Positions 11,880 to 24,863 of a stretch of 64,000 bases of DNA are shown here, piece after piece. Location: positions 261,304 through 325,303 of the forward strand of contig RDEW01000047.1 in assembly GCA_011109175.1 (NCBI GenBank), read 5' to 3'. Below the pieces are notes generated by a model. It had not been told where the DNA came from. It worked only from the letters and a program-made list of their open reading frames with translations, and made no database searches. This DNA comes from Dicyema japonicum. Taxonomy: Eukaryota > Animalia > Dicyemida. The position numbers and the translations under genes were made by a program. Within the stretch, counting starts at the first letter, position 1. The number at the start of each line of letters is the position of its first letter.

Positions 11880-14040
11880 TATCAGACTAACTAAGTGACT
11901 CCACCTTCCGCAGTCATGCGCAACCTCTCTCAAGTCATCCAGATGTTCTCCGCATTTCATTTTTCTTTTGTCATACTTGAGATCAGTATCGAGTATCACA
12001 TGTAGTTTGATTCATGGGTGTCAACAGAAACGTGATTCAGTCTCAACGAATTACTCCTCCATTGCTACATTAGCTGATGTATCCATTTCCAATCTCATTA
12101 TTATATGTCCGCCTCCATCTCAGTGATCTCGACCCTCACGGACTAGTGGCACAAACATTATATAAAGCTTTCTTGCTTATTATCATGGCCAATTCAAACC
12201 GAACATTATCCTCAGCTTCCTTCGATGAAAGGAGTCTATCCTCTGTTCCTCAACCTTGGATGAATTATATAGGACAGGTTTCATTCACTATTGTATATCC
12301 ACTGCCTGCCAAATAACACTCTAAGCTGTTTTCTGTGAAACGTATCGAAAGCCATCGATTCCGCAATCGAACAGTCCCAAGTACCATCATTGTATGTGAG
12401 TATTGGTTTCACAAATCATTAACCTTAGATTAACATCAAGTTTCTTCAGTCATCCCTTTTTGAGTTTTTGCATTGCTACTCATGCAAGTGTTTTACTTTT
12501 GATGTCTTCTATGTTTCCCAGTAGGAATCCAAGCTTATTAACATGTCGGCAACGTTCATCACAGATGTTTTCTATTCTTTTGATTTTGGTTTGTCTTGAC
12601 TTACGATTAGGAACCATTCATCCAAATTGTCCGATGCATTTTTCAGTGGATGTGAGAGACCTTTTTTTAACAGCCTTTTCACGAGAGCCATGATATTAAT
12701 AGCTCCGCATAGGCAGGATACACACTTTATTTATGTAAAGAACAGTTAATTTTAACTAATCGTAAAACCAAGGAATGATCATCACTTCTATTTTTGTGTG
12801 TGGGTCCTTTCTAGACAATCCAGTTCCCCAGTGAGTATCCACTGATGACGGCGTCACTCGTCAAACCCTTTTGGCATCGTAGATGCGTGGAACCTTCAAC
12901 CAAGTGAACAGCAGCGAGAATCGAACCCGTAACCTAACTCACTTTAGTTCGACACCTAACCACTATGCCATTCGGTGAGAGACCCTCTGTATCTTCAAAT
13001 ATGAAATCCACATCATCTGCGTACACGAATTCCTCCATCTTTTCCTTTGTAACACGTTCTTAGCCTTAGTGTAGCTTCGAGATATTTCACAAATAGTAAG
13101 GGAGAGAATCTTACTGGAGTGCCGATTGTAGTTCTCAAAGGTCTGGATATAGTTATTCCAATCCTTACTAGATAACAGTACTCGAATAATCCTTTGCAAT
13201 GATTGGTCCACAAATTGTTGTAGGATATCCATTAGCTAGTATCCGCTCACTGTCGAATGCTCTTGATAGGATGTTCATGGCATTTTTATATCTTTGAGGT
13301 GTTGCACACCGCCACCTATGGCTCCACAGAATTTCCGCTGTCGACATTCCTTCACGAAATCCGCTAAACATTCCATTAAATAATGTCGAAATTGTTTTGA
13401 AGAGACATGTAGGTCCATATTTCAGCAGTTCCGAGGAGATACTATCTGGTCCAGCGGTCCTGTAATTCTTTAGCTTGTTGCACGTACTCTGAATTTTTTT
13501 TGTAATAATTGTTTCCAGCATTCGCGGTTTTCCGATAAAAGGAGTCAGTCCATGACCGTTCTCATTGAGCAGTCGTTCAAAATGAGAAGCAATCAATTTT
13601 ATTTATTCGTATATTTTTGAGATAAGTTTCCCCTTCCCATCCATAACATATCGCTTTTTTTATACCTCGCATTAGTTACTCCAGCTATCGAACATTTATG
13701 CATTGTCCTTTAGTTGCTCCAGCTCTTTATGGTGTGATAAAAAGACGTACATAGAATGGGCATTATTAAGCTTCATAATTATTTTCTTGATATTATTTCG
13801 CTCGATGTTTGCCTTTNTCGCATTAGTTACTCCAGCTCTCGAACATTTATGCATTGTCCTTTAGTTGCTCCAGCTTTTTATGGTGTGATAAAAAGACGTC
13901 CTTAGAATGTGCATTATTAAGCTTCATAATTCTTTTCTTGATATTATTTCGCTCGATGTTTGCCTTTGATGTGCTTATCCGTCGTATTTAGACTTCGTTC
14001 ATATTTCTCGTTTTGCCAGTAATAACAAGTGTAGATGATC
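11880..14040 (-). mobile_element. RTE-clade LINE, decayed, interrupted by a SINE
   Basis: TAGPDSISSELLKYG, GFREGMSTAEILWSHRW, TTIGTP..SPLLFVKYLEA, YADDVDF. Confidence 0.85.
12662..12974 (-). mobile_element. tRNA-headed SINE with RTE-derived 3' tail
   Basis: A box TGGCATAGTGG, B box GGTTCGATTC, short poly-A, 10-bp TSD gtgagagacc (12652-12661 / 12975-12984). Related copies at 22430-22572, 41440-41572 and, tail only, 9551-9641. Confidence 0.8.
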
Positions 14041-14990
14041 CATTGACATGTCCCCAGCTGTCCGTTGTCTCACTCCAAGGTGTGTGTTTGCGGCAAGAAA
14101 ATAATGCTTCTAGTTTGGTAGTCATATGTAAATCTGCCAAAAACTTCCAAAAACAGTCGATCACTTGGTAACGAGATGCAATAGGATGTTAAATAGTGAT
14201 TGCATACGACGTCACAATGAGGTGATGAGATGTCTTCATTTAAACCTGTNTCCGTTGTCTCACTCCAAGGTGTGTGTTTGCGGCAAGAAAATAATGCTTC
14301 TAGTTTGGTAGTCATATGTAAATCTGCCAAAAACTTCCAAAAACAGTCGATCACTTGGTAACGAGATGCAAGGAATGTTAAATAGTGATTGCATACGACT
14401 TCACAATGAGGTGATGAGATGTCTTCATTTAAACCTGTGTCGTAAATATGGAATCACATATTCAAAGAAACTGAAGACTCACTTAGTCCAATCAATAGTC
14501 ACAACTGAGAATGTTGAGATCCAAGTTGATACGGCGCTAATAACGGATGTCAAAGTACAGCATATCAAACCGGAGATATTTGTTTTTGATAAAAGGACGA
14601 GTGAGATTACTTTAGTAGAGGTTGGAATCATTTCTCAGGAGAAGCTGAAGGTGGTTGAAGCATAAAAACTTCATAAATATGATTTCCTCGCTGGAGAGTT
14701 GTCTCAAATATACAATGCGAAAGTTAAAAATATTCATATTGTTTTGACTTGAGAGGAAATTGTAAGTAAGTTCTACAAGTCATATATGGATGATTTGCAC
14801 GTGGACATAATTCCGAGAGCATATATTCAATCTACTGTGTTAAAGAAAAGTCTTGAAAGCATATTATTGGAGCATCGACATGGGATGAACTTTCAACAAA
14901 ATTCATTTCCTACAACGAAAGTCTCTACAACAAGTTGAGGATGACGGAATCGTGTCTACGGAACAACAATGCTGGAGTGAAGATCAGAAA
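14040..14990 (+). mobile_element. R4/Dong-like RLE non-LTR element, C-terminal fragment
   Basis: CC..H..C knuckle remnant, (R)HNEVMRCLHL, KP(E)IFVFDK..ITLVEVG, KLHKYD. Confidence 0.8.
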
Positions 14991-15259
14991 GTTTCTATAA
15001 AAATGAAGAAAATACTGGACCTCCATTTTTGGGTAAACCTCTGTTTTTGGAGCAATTTTTCAAAATGGATGCCCCAAATGGAGGTTATACTGTAAATGCC
15101 TCTAAACGACTGCGGGGTGTTGAAACCAGTAGCACTCTCTCGAGTGACCTTGGGAAGATCTTGGATATTTTAAAACTGTCGGCGACAGAGACTGTTGGAT
15201 ACCAAATAAAAGACCGAAATAGAGTATTATTCATGACCCCGAAATAAGAGAATTGTCAG

Positions 15260-17100
15260 AACAGCAGAAGGAAATACGTTCAAAACTGGGAAGTTCAAAT
15301 TCGAATAAAAGTTCATTAAAGAGAAAACGTAATCAAATATTACATTTGTGATTGAATGACCTTTGGCACAAATAATTGGACGATAAGGTGACTGATATTG
15401 AAAACTCAGTATGGAAGACGAATGATTTCTGCTGTTAAATTACACGAGGAACTGCAAAAAAGCCGCTGAAAATCTGCGACAACGCGGGTCATTATTTACA
15501 AAACCCACAGGATCAAGCAAACCATATTGGCAAAAGCTTTGAGACATAGTTTAATTCAGTTGGGGGTGAAATCGTTCAGCTGGCTATGATGGCATCTCGG
15601 GCGAGTTACTAAAACATGCTCCGGTTATTGTTGGGAATATAATCACGNTGAAAATCTGCGACAACGCGGGTCATTTACAAAACCCACAGGATCAAGCAAA
15701 CCATATTGGCAAAAGCTTTGAGGCATAGTTTAATTCAGTTGGGGGTGAAATCGTTCAGCTGGCTATGATGGCATCCCGGGCGAGTTACTAAAACATGCTC
15801 CGGTTATTGTTGGGAATATAATCACGGATATATTAAACGAGTCGGTGGAACTTCACTGTTCACTTCTATTAGGACATGGAGTCTTAATTCAGATACACAA
15901 ACCTGAGGAAAAAGGGATCGCTGGATAGATTAAGGCTTATTATTCCACTACCAACTATCAGGAATACATTATCGATCATAGTGCTTAACCATATACAAGA
16001 ACCAGTGGAAAAAATACCTCTCCCAAAGTCAAAGTGGGTTTAAAATTGGCAGGCCTACCTCAGATATCGTTTGGAGTCATCGATGGCTTACATCAATATG
16101 TTAAAACTACAGGAAAGTTATTTACATCCTAGGAATTGATATAACGAAAGCTTTTGACAACATCAACAGAGAAAAACTCATGGGTATTCTACAGGAACTG
16201 CTTGACGAGGACTGCCTGAGACTAATAAGTATATTACTTTCTGAAACTGATCTATCCATGAGAATAAGAACTAAGCATTCAAAGAGTTTCAGCACTAACA
16301 TGGGAACCCCACAAGGAGATTCCTTATCCTCAATTCTATTCATCATATACCTCGAAGCTGCCCTCAGGGAGTTGAGAAAGGAAATGGGTTCTAAATACGG
16401 ACATAATCGAATTGTTATTCGCAGATGACGCAGACTTCGTGTATATGACGTAGACTTTGTCTCTGGCTCGCTACTAGGTGACACCGAAGATATTTGTCGA
16501 AGGAAAATACTGGAAACCATTTACTATAAAAAAATATACAACATCTGGATTAGAAAAAGACGTATTTCACTGAAACTTCGTGTTAGATTATACGACACGT
16601 TTATCAAGCCAATACTCATATACAATTCGGAACAAGGGGGAACATCGAAAAACAATTTAAAGAGACTAGACACTTTCCTTAGAAGCCAACAGCGCATATT
16701 GACTGGAATCATCTGGCCGAAAAAAATCTCAAACGAGAAACTAGATGCTCTATGTAAATCTAAACAAATTAGCATGGACGTTATTCTATCGAGATGGCAA
16801 CTTTTTGGACATATTCTCAGAGTGGACGCGACTACGTCATGTAACAGAATAATAAAAGAATACTTATACTGCGCCAGAAGTAACGGATTTCGAGGAAGAC
16901 CAAGAAAATCATTTCCAATTTGCTTAAAAGATGATTACGAAACAATCGGTCGTAAATTGGTGACAGCAGACGACCTGGATGATGTTCGAATGAGGGCCAG
17001 AAACAAGAAGGCGTGGGCGAGGATGGCGAGGAGGATGGCTGTAAAGCGTGGCTCAAGCGAAACCCTTTTAGGGCTACGCAAAGTAGCTTTTAACTAACCA
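15260..17100 (+). mobile_element. RTE-clade LINE (RT to 3' end)
   Basis: GIDITKAFDNINR, GTPQGDSLSSILFIIYLEAAL, RWQLFGHILR, GFRGRPR. Ends in a TAAC repeat at about 17095. Confidence 0.88.
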
Positions 17101-17119
17101 ACTAATATTAAGCCAGTTA

Positions 17120-17430
17120 TGATTTATCCAAATTTAAATCTTGTGAAGTTATTCTTGTAGTCTTTCTGAAGCCTTTAGGGATCCGATTAATAGGTCATCA
17201 GCATAGGAGGAAATCATCTTTATTATCGGCTTGTGGTAAATCGGACATATTAGATAAGGCGGGTGATAAAGAGGAACCTTGTGGGACACCATTGGGTAGT
17301 AATCTTGAAACTGATTTGGTCCCATCCATGTATACCCGGGCCCTTCTTCCATTGAAGTTAGCAAGCCAGAGTTTTATATTGGGGTTGATGGAGAGGCCAA
17401 ACAATTTCAAGTTAGGATTTTCCTAAAGTA
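17120..17430 (-). mobile_element. Vingi-like RT fragment
   Basis: LPNGVPQGSSLSP and YADD. Confidence 0.75.
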
Positions 17431-17544
17431 AGAAAAATGTTTGAAAATCTTAACCACATTATAAAAATATATAGGAATAATTTTGATTAATAATACAAAG
17501 AATAATAAAAATTAATAATTTAAATAATATTTTGGTTTAGTGTT

Positions 17545-17816
17545 ATGCCTAGATTATTACCAAAAATACCAGAAGTACTAAATTCTTTTGAAAACATACA
17601 AAATGATGATGTATATTACCAAAAAGGTATAAATAATTTATAATTTGAGCTGTACAATTCGGTCATGATAATGACATACACATAATAGATATTGGAATCT
17701 CTGAATTGAAATTACTTGAACATAAATTATCAAATATTATTAATTCTAACGATGATGATATTATCAAACAAATCAACCATAAATTATATAATATTGAGTC
17801 ATTTATTACTTTTTAA
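17545..17816 (+). CDS. Small orphan protein (82 aa), 2 exons
   Basis: AT-rich upstream region. One 23-nt intron (17627-17649) gives MPRLLPKIPEV..QKAVQFGHDNDIHII..NIESFITF*. Same island structure as the verified genes. Confidence 0.55.
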
Positions 17817-18329
17817 TTTTTTCACATTCATAATTACTTTATATCTTCCCGAACTGACTTATGTTCTCAGGGGTCTTCTCGGTGGTCTTTAACCCGGATT
17901 GTGTCATACAAATTTGTCACAATATCATCTCACATTAGTATCAGTACCAAATGGGAAGACTCTTCGATGTCAGTTTTTTTATTTGTTTGATTATACATTC
18001 ATTTTGTTATTTAGATATGTTGACACTTTCGGCTAATGAATTCTCAAATTGTGACCATATGTGTTTTCCACATTGGTTTTAGAACTACAGGTTTATTTAG
18101 ACCACAACTTTCCTTCTTCAAGGTCGTTTTTATTCGTTGCTTATACCAACTCTTTTCCATGCTGGAAATCCTATTAATGTGGAAAACCTCAGCTAAATCT
18201 AAAAAACTCCTAAGCCAAAGGGCTAGATGGAATCCACATTCTCCACTTGAAGCACATGGCCCATATACCCCTTAAATAATTACGGACATCGTGTCTGCAG
18301 CATCAATAACAGTCGGAAACAAGTAATGA

Positions 18330-19920
18330 CTAAAAGCAAAATTATTGGTTGAAGGTTGTTTAATTTTTGACTTTATCAGGTTTTTTTGTTATTTAAAACC
18401 AAAAATCACCTACAAATTAACAGGGAATGCACAGCCGTCAGGTGATTCTGGTCTTCTTTCCTCATCTCACCTTTCCTCAGTGTTCGTCCTGAGATCCGAC
18501 GCACTTCCTGTAGACTCGTGTTACCTGTGGAAACTTTGGAGGTCCCTTTCTCTCTACAAGAGCCTCCAAAGGAGCTGATCTCAACAGAAAAGTGAAGAAC
18601 CTTATTAGAGTCCTCGTGACTGTTGATTGAAAATCTTCTATCTTCTTTAGATTTGTTTTGGATAGATTTGTACCCATGCATCAGCCTGATTGTCGATTGT
18701 ATGTATTATAAGGTGAGCTTAACGTTGAAGCAGCTTTTGTAACGTCCGAGGAGTGCTTTTTACAAAATTAAGTTTTTACTGTGACGAGGAGATGACATTG
18801 TTAACGTGTTACTGAATGTCATGAGGGGGTCGTACGTGCTACCCAATAACTTGACAGAGTTTGTGGAGAGGATTAAATCTCCATTAAAGGTCAAGAGAGG
18901 TGTAGACTTAGTTAGTCTTCTATATTAGATAAACATCATTGTGGGTGACTTTTCAAGGTTTTTATATAATAGGTTCCTCGTAAGCCAACCGATCAGAGGG
19001 TCTAATAAATATTGTAAGCGGGCAGCAGCTGTGTGAACACACTGGTCTCTTACTAAGATTATTATATCTTCAGCATATGGAAAAACCAGTTTATCTTCGC
19101 TGGTATTGGTGGACATATAATTAAAGAAGAGGTTGAAAAAATGGACAACAGTGGGATCTTTATGGAATTTCGATAGCAGAAACTTATTCCCTCCTCTCCG
19201 TCCGTTAAAAAGTTTGCAATCCAAAATTTCAATTTATTTGGAATGTTTGAAACAAACATCTTCCTTGTAATTTCAAAAGCCTTTTGTATGTCAGTAGAGC
19301 ATACTATAGACTTTTGACCCCGAAATTCTCTCCGTCCGTTAAAAAGTTTGCAATCCAAAATTTCAATTTATTTGGAATGTTTGAAACAAACATCTTCCTT
19401 GTAATTTCAAAAGCCTTTTGTATGTCAGTAGAGCATACTATAGACTTTTGACCCCGAAATTGCTTTGTAAGCCTTCGTTTATGAATTTTATTAGGTATGT
19501 AAGGTTAGAGACCTTTTTTAAACCCATGTTTGAAAGATACAACGGGAAGGTAAGGTTTAATCTATCAATAATTAGCTTTTCTAGAATTGTTGGGAAGACA
19601 CACAATAGAAGCTGGTGAGTCCTTTGATCGTCTGGGTTTCAAAATTGGTCGTAAGTTCGACAACTTCTATATGGACGGGATAGAGTTTGGGCCACGATAG
19701 TATAATGGCCTATATTTTATTCACTATATGGGATTCCATCCGGACCGTTGAAATAGGCTGATTTTTTTATCTTAAATTGTTTTTTCCCACATCTTCCACT
19801 GAGAGAACAACTGCGCCAAGCTTCTTTTGAGATAAAACTCATGGGGGAACAGTATTTCATTATCTTGTTTAAAAAATTCTTGTTTTCCAGGTCATTGGAA
19901 AAGAATTGTTTATAATTCAC
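18330..19920 (-). mobile_element. Vingi/Jockey-like LINE RT fragment
   Basis: NGPDGIP, DIQKAF, YAEDIIIL, LGSTYDPLMTF. Confidence 0.75.
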
Positions 19921-19970
19921 TAAAAAATAAAATAATATTTTTAAATAAAAATTGCGTGATTTTTTGGTAA

Positions 19971-21803
19971 ATGGAGGTTGACAATCACGACCTTTATTCT
20001 ATTCTCAATATTCCGAGAACGGTTATAATGTAAAAATATTATCAGGCAACGACAGATGAAATAAATACAATATACAAAGTATATAGTCTTCGCTATCATC
20101 CTGATAAACACCATGGAAAAGAAAACAAACAAATAGCCTTGGAAATGTTCAACAAAATAAAATACGCCAGAGATGGTACTCTCTATTAATTAATGACAGT
20201 TCTCTGTGATCAAAACAGAAGAGCAATTTACGACATTCTCGGACATGAGGGACTAAGGTCTCTTGGAAAGGATGTGATTCTCCGAACTAAAAGTGCAGAA
20301 GAAATTTACGAAGAATTTGCTTATGTTGAGAAACTAAAACGAAGGAAGGATCAAGAGGACTCTGTGGAACCAAAAGTCAATATTAATAGATAATGTAAGA
20401 GCACTACAAATATTATGATTGATGCCACTGATATATTCCAAAATGATGAGTTCATACAACTGTCAATGAGGAAGATAAGAATGAGTCAATCTATTTCATT
20501 TCCACTCAACTATAATGATAGAGTAACTGTTATTAGTGAATGTGACACTTTGGGGGATCATAAATTTACTTTACTAACCAATCTCAATTCCCTTTGGCCT
20601 GGGAATATGTGCAATGTATTCCCATTACTTTATTTTAGTTTGAGTGTTATTCAGGACGTAATATTGGTATTACAGGGACAATTTCTAAGCAATTGACAAA
20701 CTCAATGTCTCTATTTGGTTTATATTAGACATGCTTCCACAGGACTTGTTATTACTATTTATAATGGAATAGCCCCCATTATTATTGGGGGTATTTATAT
20801 TTTTATACTTAGGAATTACTTGGAGATTGTCTAACAGTCTAATATTAACTACACAACTAAATATGTCATTTCAATCAGCAGCACGGTTACAACTTCTGTG
20901 GAACTATTCAGGGACAGATTTTTCATTGGCTTGTGACGTAATTATTTTTTATATTAAGATTGGACGATCCAACTATACATTGGCTGGCAAAGTATCCAAA
21001 AATATTAAAAAATTTGATTCCAAAATAGCTTCTACTATTCAGTAGTGTTGTTTATTATGTTTAGATATGGAAATATTACTGGAATGGTTGCTTTATTCGA
21101 CATCTCCAAGAACATCAATGATTATACAAGGATTACTTCTAAATTGTCACTATCAACAGTTGGAGGAGTTTCCCTTACTTTGAGGTGTTGTATATGTGTT
21201 ATGCTAGACTAAAAAGAGGGAATCAGCAAATTAGTGTTCCATTTCAGCTTTCATCTTCTATCCTTCCATCCAGTCTTTTTTATGGATTAGTGCTTCCCCC
21301 CATATTATTTGGTTTGGCCACACGACTTTACTCTAAATTCACGTATAAAGATGAAAAGTGGACTGATTATATTATTTAGTAGAAAATGTGAGTTTGAGGA
21401 TATCAAATACCAGAATGAACGTTTGAAGGCAGAAAATATAATGAATTTCTTAAAAAGTGAGGCGGATAAAGTTAGGGCTTCAGAACAAGCTCAAAGAGGA
21501 CTTGTGATTATGGCAGCATTGTGGGGACAAATAAACGACAAGTATATTATGGGAATTATTGAAGGGAGTCTTCTGAATGTTTGGATGTTACAAACTCCAT
21601 TCAATTGTTGGTTAAAAAGTCATCATTATATATTAGCAAGGATGTCAACAAAGTTCTCATTTTGTTCATTTTAGTGTGATTTACCAGGATTTTATAATAT
21701 TTGTAGAGAAAAGACTAATTATTTGTATATAAAATATACATACTCGGGTCAACAAAATGATGCTGTGTTTAAAGATACTGACTATGTCAAGTTACCTCTA
21801 TGA
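19971..21803 (+). CDS. DNAJC11: DnaJ homolog subfamily C member 11, 13 exons
   Basis: J domain (LYSILNI, YHPDKH, RRAIYDILG), RTKSAEEIYEEF, LKRGNQQISVPFQLS, GLVIMAALWG, LDVT..IQ.LV, DLPGFY. 12 GT-AG introns of 21-24 nt keep the frame open. Confidence 0.93.
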
Positions 21804-22429
21804 CTTTATTAATATTTGTTTTGTTAAATTTACTTATAAATATTTATGGTACGCTACTAAAATAAACATATTTCTCTTTACACAATTAATTATTACGCGA
21901 CAGACAAAAATCAACTTCTTAAGGAAGATGACGTCCAATACCCTTACACAAGTCTTGAAAGTTTCAACTTATAGAAGGGAATATTCGATAAACCAAGGGT
22001 AAAACCAAACTAACTAATCCAAAAATCCTGAAGAGTAACAGTAGAACACTAATCCAAGGGAAGTGATCTAGAGGACATTGTACGAGAAGCTGAGGTCGAT
22101 TACAGAACTCGTCGTCAGGGAGCGAAATAGATTCCTGATGAAAAGAAGAGTTGAATTTTTTTGAATGATGGTCAGGCATTAGGTGTTGTTGACTTATAAA
22201 TATTAAATTTTTAATAACTTTTGATTTATATAATATTTTTGATTCAGACTATATTTTTATAAGTTTTAAACATCTTTAAAGAACATATGAATTTATTGAC
22301 AAAAATATTTAAAGCTCCATGTAAGCAAGACATGCATTTTATTGGAGTAAAGATCAGTAACTTATTGTTTAAAGGGAGTAATGTGCTTTAATTTCATTTT
22401 TTTCATTTTATTGTATGTAAGTCTTTGTA

Positions 22430-22572
22430 GACGCTTCCGCAGTGAAGTATTCAGTGACGACGGCTCACTCGTCAAATCCAAAGCACCGTGCCGAAGCCGG
22501 TATCTTAATCAGCAAGATTCAAACACGGAACCATTAATATTTTGTCGGCATTTATGACAGTGCGCCATCCTG
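22430..22572 (-). mobile_element. Degenerate copy of the tRNA-headed SINE
   Basis: Shares cagtga..cactcgtcaaa and the box-like head with 12820-12972. Confidence 0.55.
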
Positions 22573-22579
22573 GCATGTA

Positions 22580-24004
22580 AGTAACCCCGCCACCACTGAG
22601 ACTAGCGGCTATTAAGTAGAACGCAGAAAATGCCGACCGATAGCTCCCATAGTTCGGTCAGTCTAAGTATTGTGTAGTACTCCAGGACATTCAAAAACGT
22701 GGTTTGGTGTCAACTCGAAGAGGTTACAAAAAAAACAGAAACATCTTGTACATCATCTAGTTTACATGCGCACGTCACTAGAAGGGGGTGTTGCCAACAT
22801 CGTAGACGAGCCAGGTTTATTTTTGGGATGTTTCGTAACGGGGAGTGTCCATGAATTATTAAAATTGGATGAAAATTTAGTTGGCGGCGGTTGGACGTGA
22901 ATACAGTTACGATGGATTTCAACGGAGAAGGAGATAAATGATTTCCTCCAAGCCACTCTTCAAGAGATTTCGAGTGGTTTTGGACATCCTTCGTTGTTTC
23001 GTTAACGTCACTGTCTTTAGAGGCGATAATCAGGTCATCCGCATTTGATAGAAGTAGAATTGGTTAGGTTATAACTTAGGTGCAAGTTGAATAAAGTAGG
23101 AGACAAAACGGAGTCTTCGGGAACTCGGTTTGAAAGACATCGGTAGTAAGATAAACAAAACATAATTTTAGTCTGACCAAGTTTTCCAGAAAAGAAATTT
23201 GTTAACAAATTATGAAAACTTAGAGGAATTCGAGATGCAAGATTTTTGTTACTTAGGACCCGCCTTGATGTTCGATCAAAAACTTTGGTTAGGTCAATAA
23301 ATGTAAGGATAGTCCATTTAGGAGGATTATAATTGTTGATGAGTGATATATTGAGTTAGAGTTGAGAGATGTGTTGATGTTGAGTAATGTGAACAAAAAC
23401 TGTTAAGAATCTTTGAAAGGGAAAATACTCAGATATTTGGTTTAATACAACACGTTCAATTATTTTCAACATTACAGATAGTAATGAAATCGGTCTGAAA
23501 AATCCCAGATCCGAAGGATCTTTTTTGGGCTTCAGGATTAAGATTATTTTGGATTTCTTCCATATTTCAGGAATTCTGCAGTTTTTGATGGTGACAAAAG
23601 CGACATTCGTGATAACTTTAAGACCATGCATTTCCAGGTTCTTTAAATGAAGAATGCAGATTACATCAAGTCCTTTGTAGAGGATTTTTTGCCTTTTCGA
23701 TAAGCTTTTCTACATCAGTCTGATTAAAATCCCCTTGAGGAGTTTCAACATTTTCAATTTGCATGGAGCATATGTTCATGTTGATGTGACTCACTTTGCG
23801 TAGTGGTCCATTATGATATCTGCCTGATGTACGAAATCACGTGGTGTTTGATTTTTGTCAATGCTGATAGGGTTGGTTGTTTTCACTATATTATGTCTCG
23901 ACTGAATACCACGTGAGTCCACAGAAATCCTTTAGTTTAGTCCTGTGGTCAATATTGGTTATGAAATTATTTCATCGTTCCAATTTCCACTTGTTGATTA
24001 ACTC
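22580..24004 (-). mobile_element. Vingi-like LINE, decayed
   Basis: PEIWKKSKIILILKPKKDP..FRPISLLS. C-terminal TPNHVFEC..TELWELS.AFS..LIAA. Confidence 0.8.
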
Positions 24005-24421
24005 NNNNNNNNNNNNNNNNNNNNNNNNNNNNNNNNNNNNNNNNNNNNNNNNNNNNNNNNNNNNNNNNNNNNNNNNNNNNNNNNNNNNNNNNNNNNNNNN
24101 NNNNNNNNNNNNNNNNNNNNNNNNNNNNNNNNNNNNNNNNNNNNNNNNNNNNNNNNNNNNNNNNNNNNNNNNNNNNNNNNNNNNNNNNNNNNNNNNNNNN
24201 NNNNNNNNNNNNNNNNNNNNNNNNNNNNNNNNNNNNNNNNNNNNNNNNNNNNNNNNNNNNNNNNNNNNNNNNNNNNNNNNNNNNNNNNNNNNNNNNNNNN
24301 NNNNNNNNNNNNNNNNNNNNNNNNNNNNNNNNNNNNNNNNNNNNNNNNNNNNNNNNNNNNNNNNNNNNNNNNNNNNNNNNNNNNNNNNNNNNNNNNNNNN
24401 NNNNNNNNNNNNNNNNNNNNA

Positions 24422-24860
24422 ATGTCCCCGACCATGATCTTCTTGTTTATTTCTCTGCGAAGATCCCTTTTCTTGGTTCTGGATGAAGAGGGTGAGTCAA
24501 CAGCAGTCGAAATGCTTTTCAGTGTATCCGCCAGGTTGATACTTTCGTATTTAGAAACGTTCCTTTTGATGATTGACTTGACATTCCGTTCCTTCAGTTC
24601 GGTCGGATGTGATCCGAGGACAAGAGGTGCAAAGCAGAAAAGGCGCACCCAAGCTTCTTGGGTGTTGTCACTGACTGCTTTGGTGATTAGTTTTGAGAGA
24701 CACATGGCAGCTGCTAGGCGCACCGACTTTGGGATAACCCGGTTCAGGCGGCATGACCAACTTGGGAGACACTGAGCAGTCCGTCTTGTTAGCTTGTTGC
24801 ACCCAAAGTGTCCAAAATTTGGGCAACGAGAACATTGGATACTATATTTCCTCTTGTTTG
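24422..24860 (-). mobile_element. CRE-like RLE retrotransposon N-terminal fragment
   Basis: Cys/His-rich segment followed by IPKSVRLAAA..L..LI..W..LFCFA and INKKIMVGDI. Runs into the gap. Confidence 0.6.
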
Positions 24861-24863
24861 CCT

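Noticed and set aside
12829-12866. Hammerhead-like CTGATGA with flanking hairpins in the SINE
   Set aside because: No GAAA after stem II or stem III on either strand, and the core is not kept in other copies.
12880-12974. Possible tRNA gene
   Set aside because: A and B boxes are present, but there is no proper cloverleaf and it lies inside a TSD-flanked repeat, so it is a SINE head.
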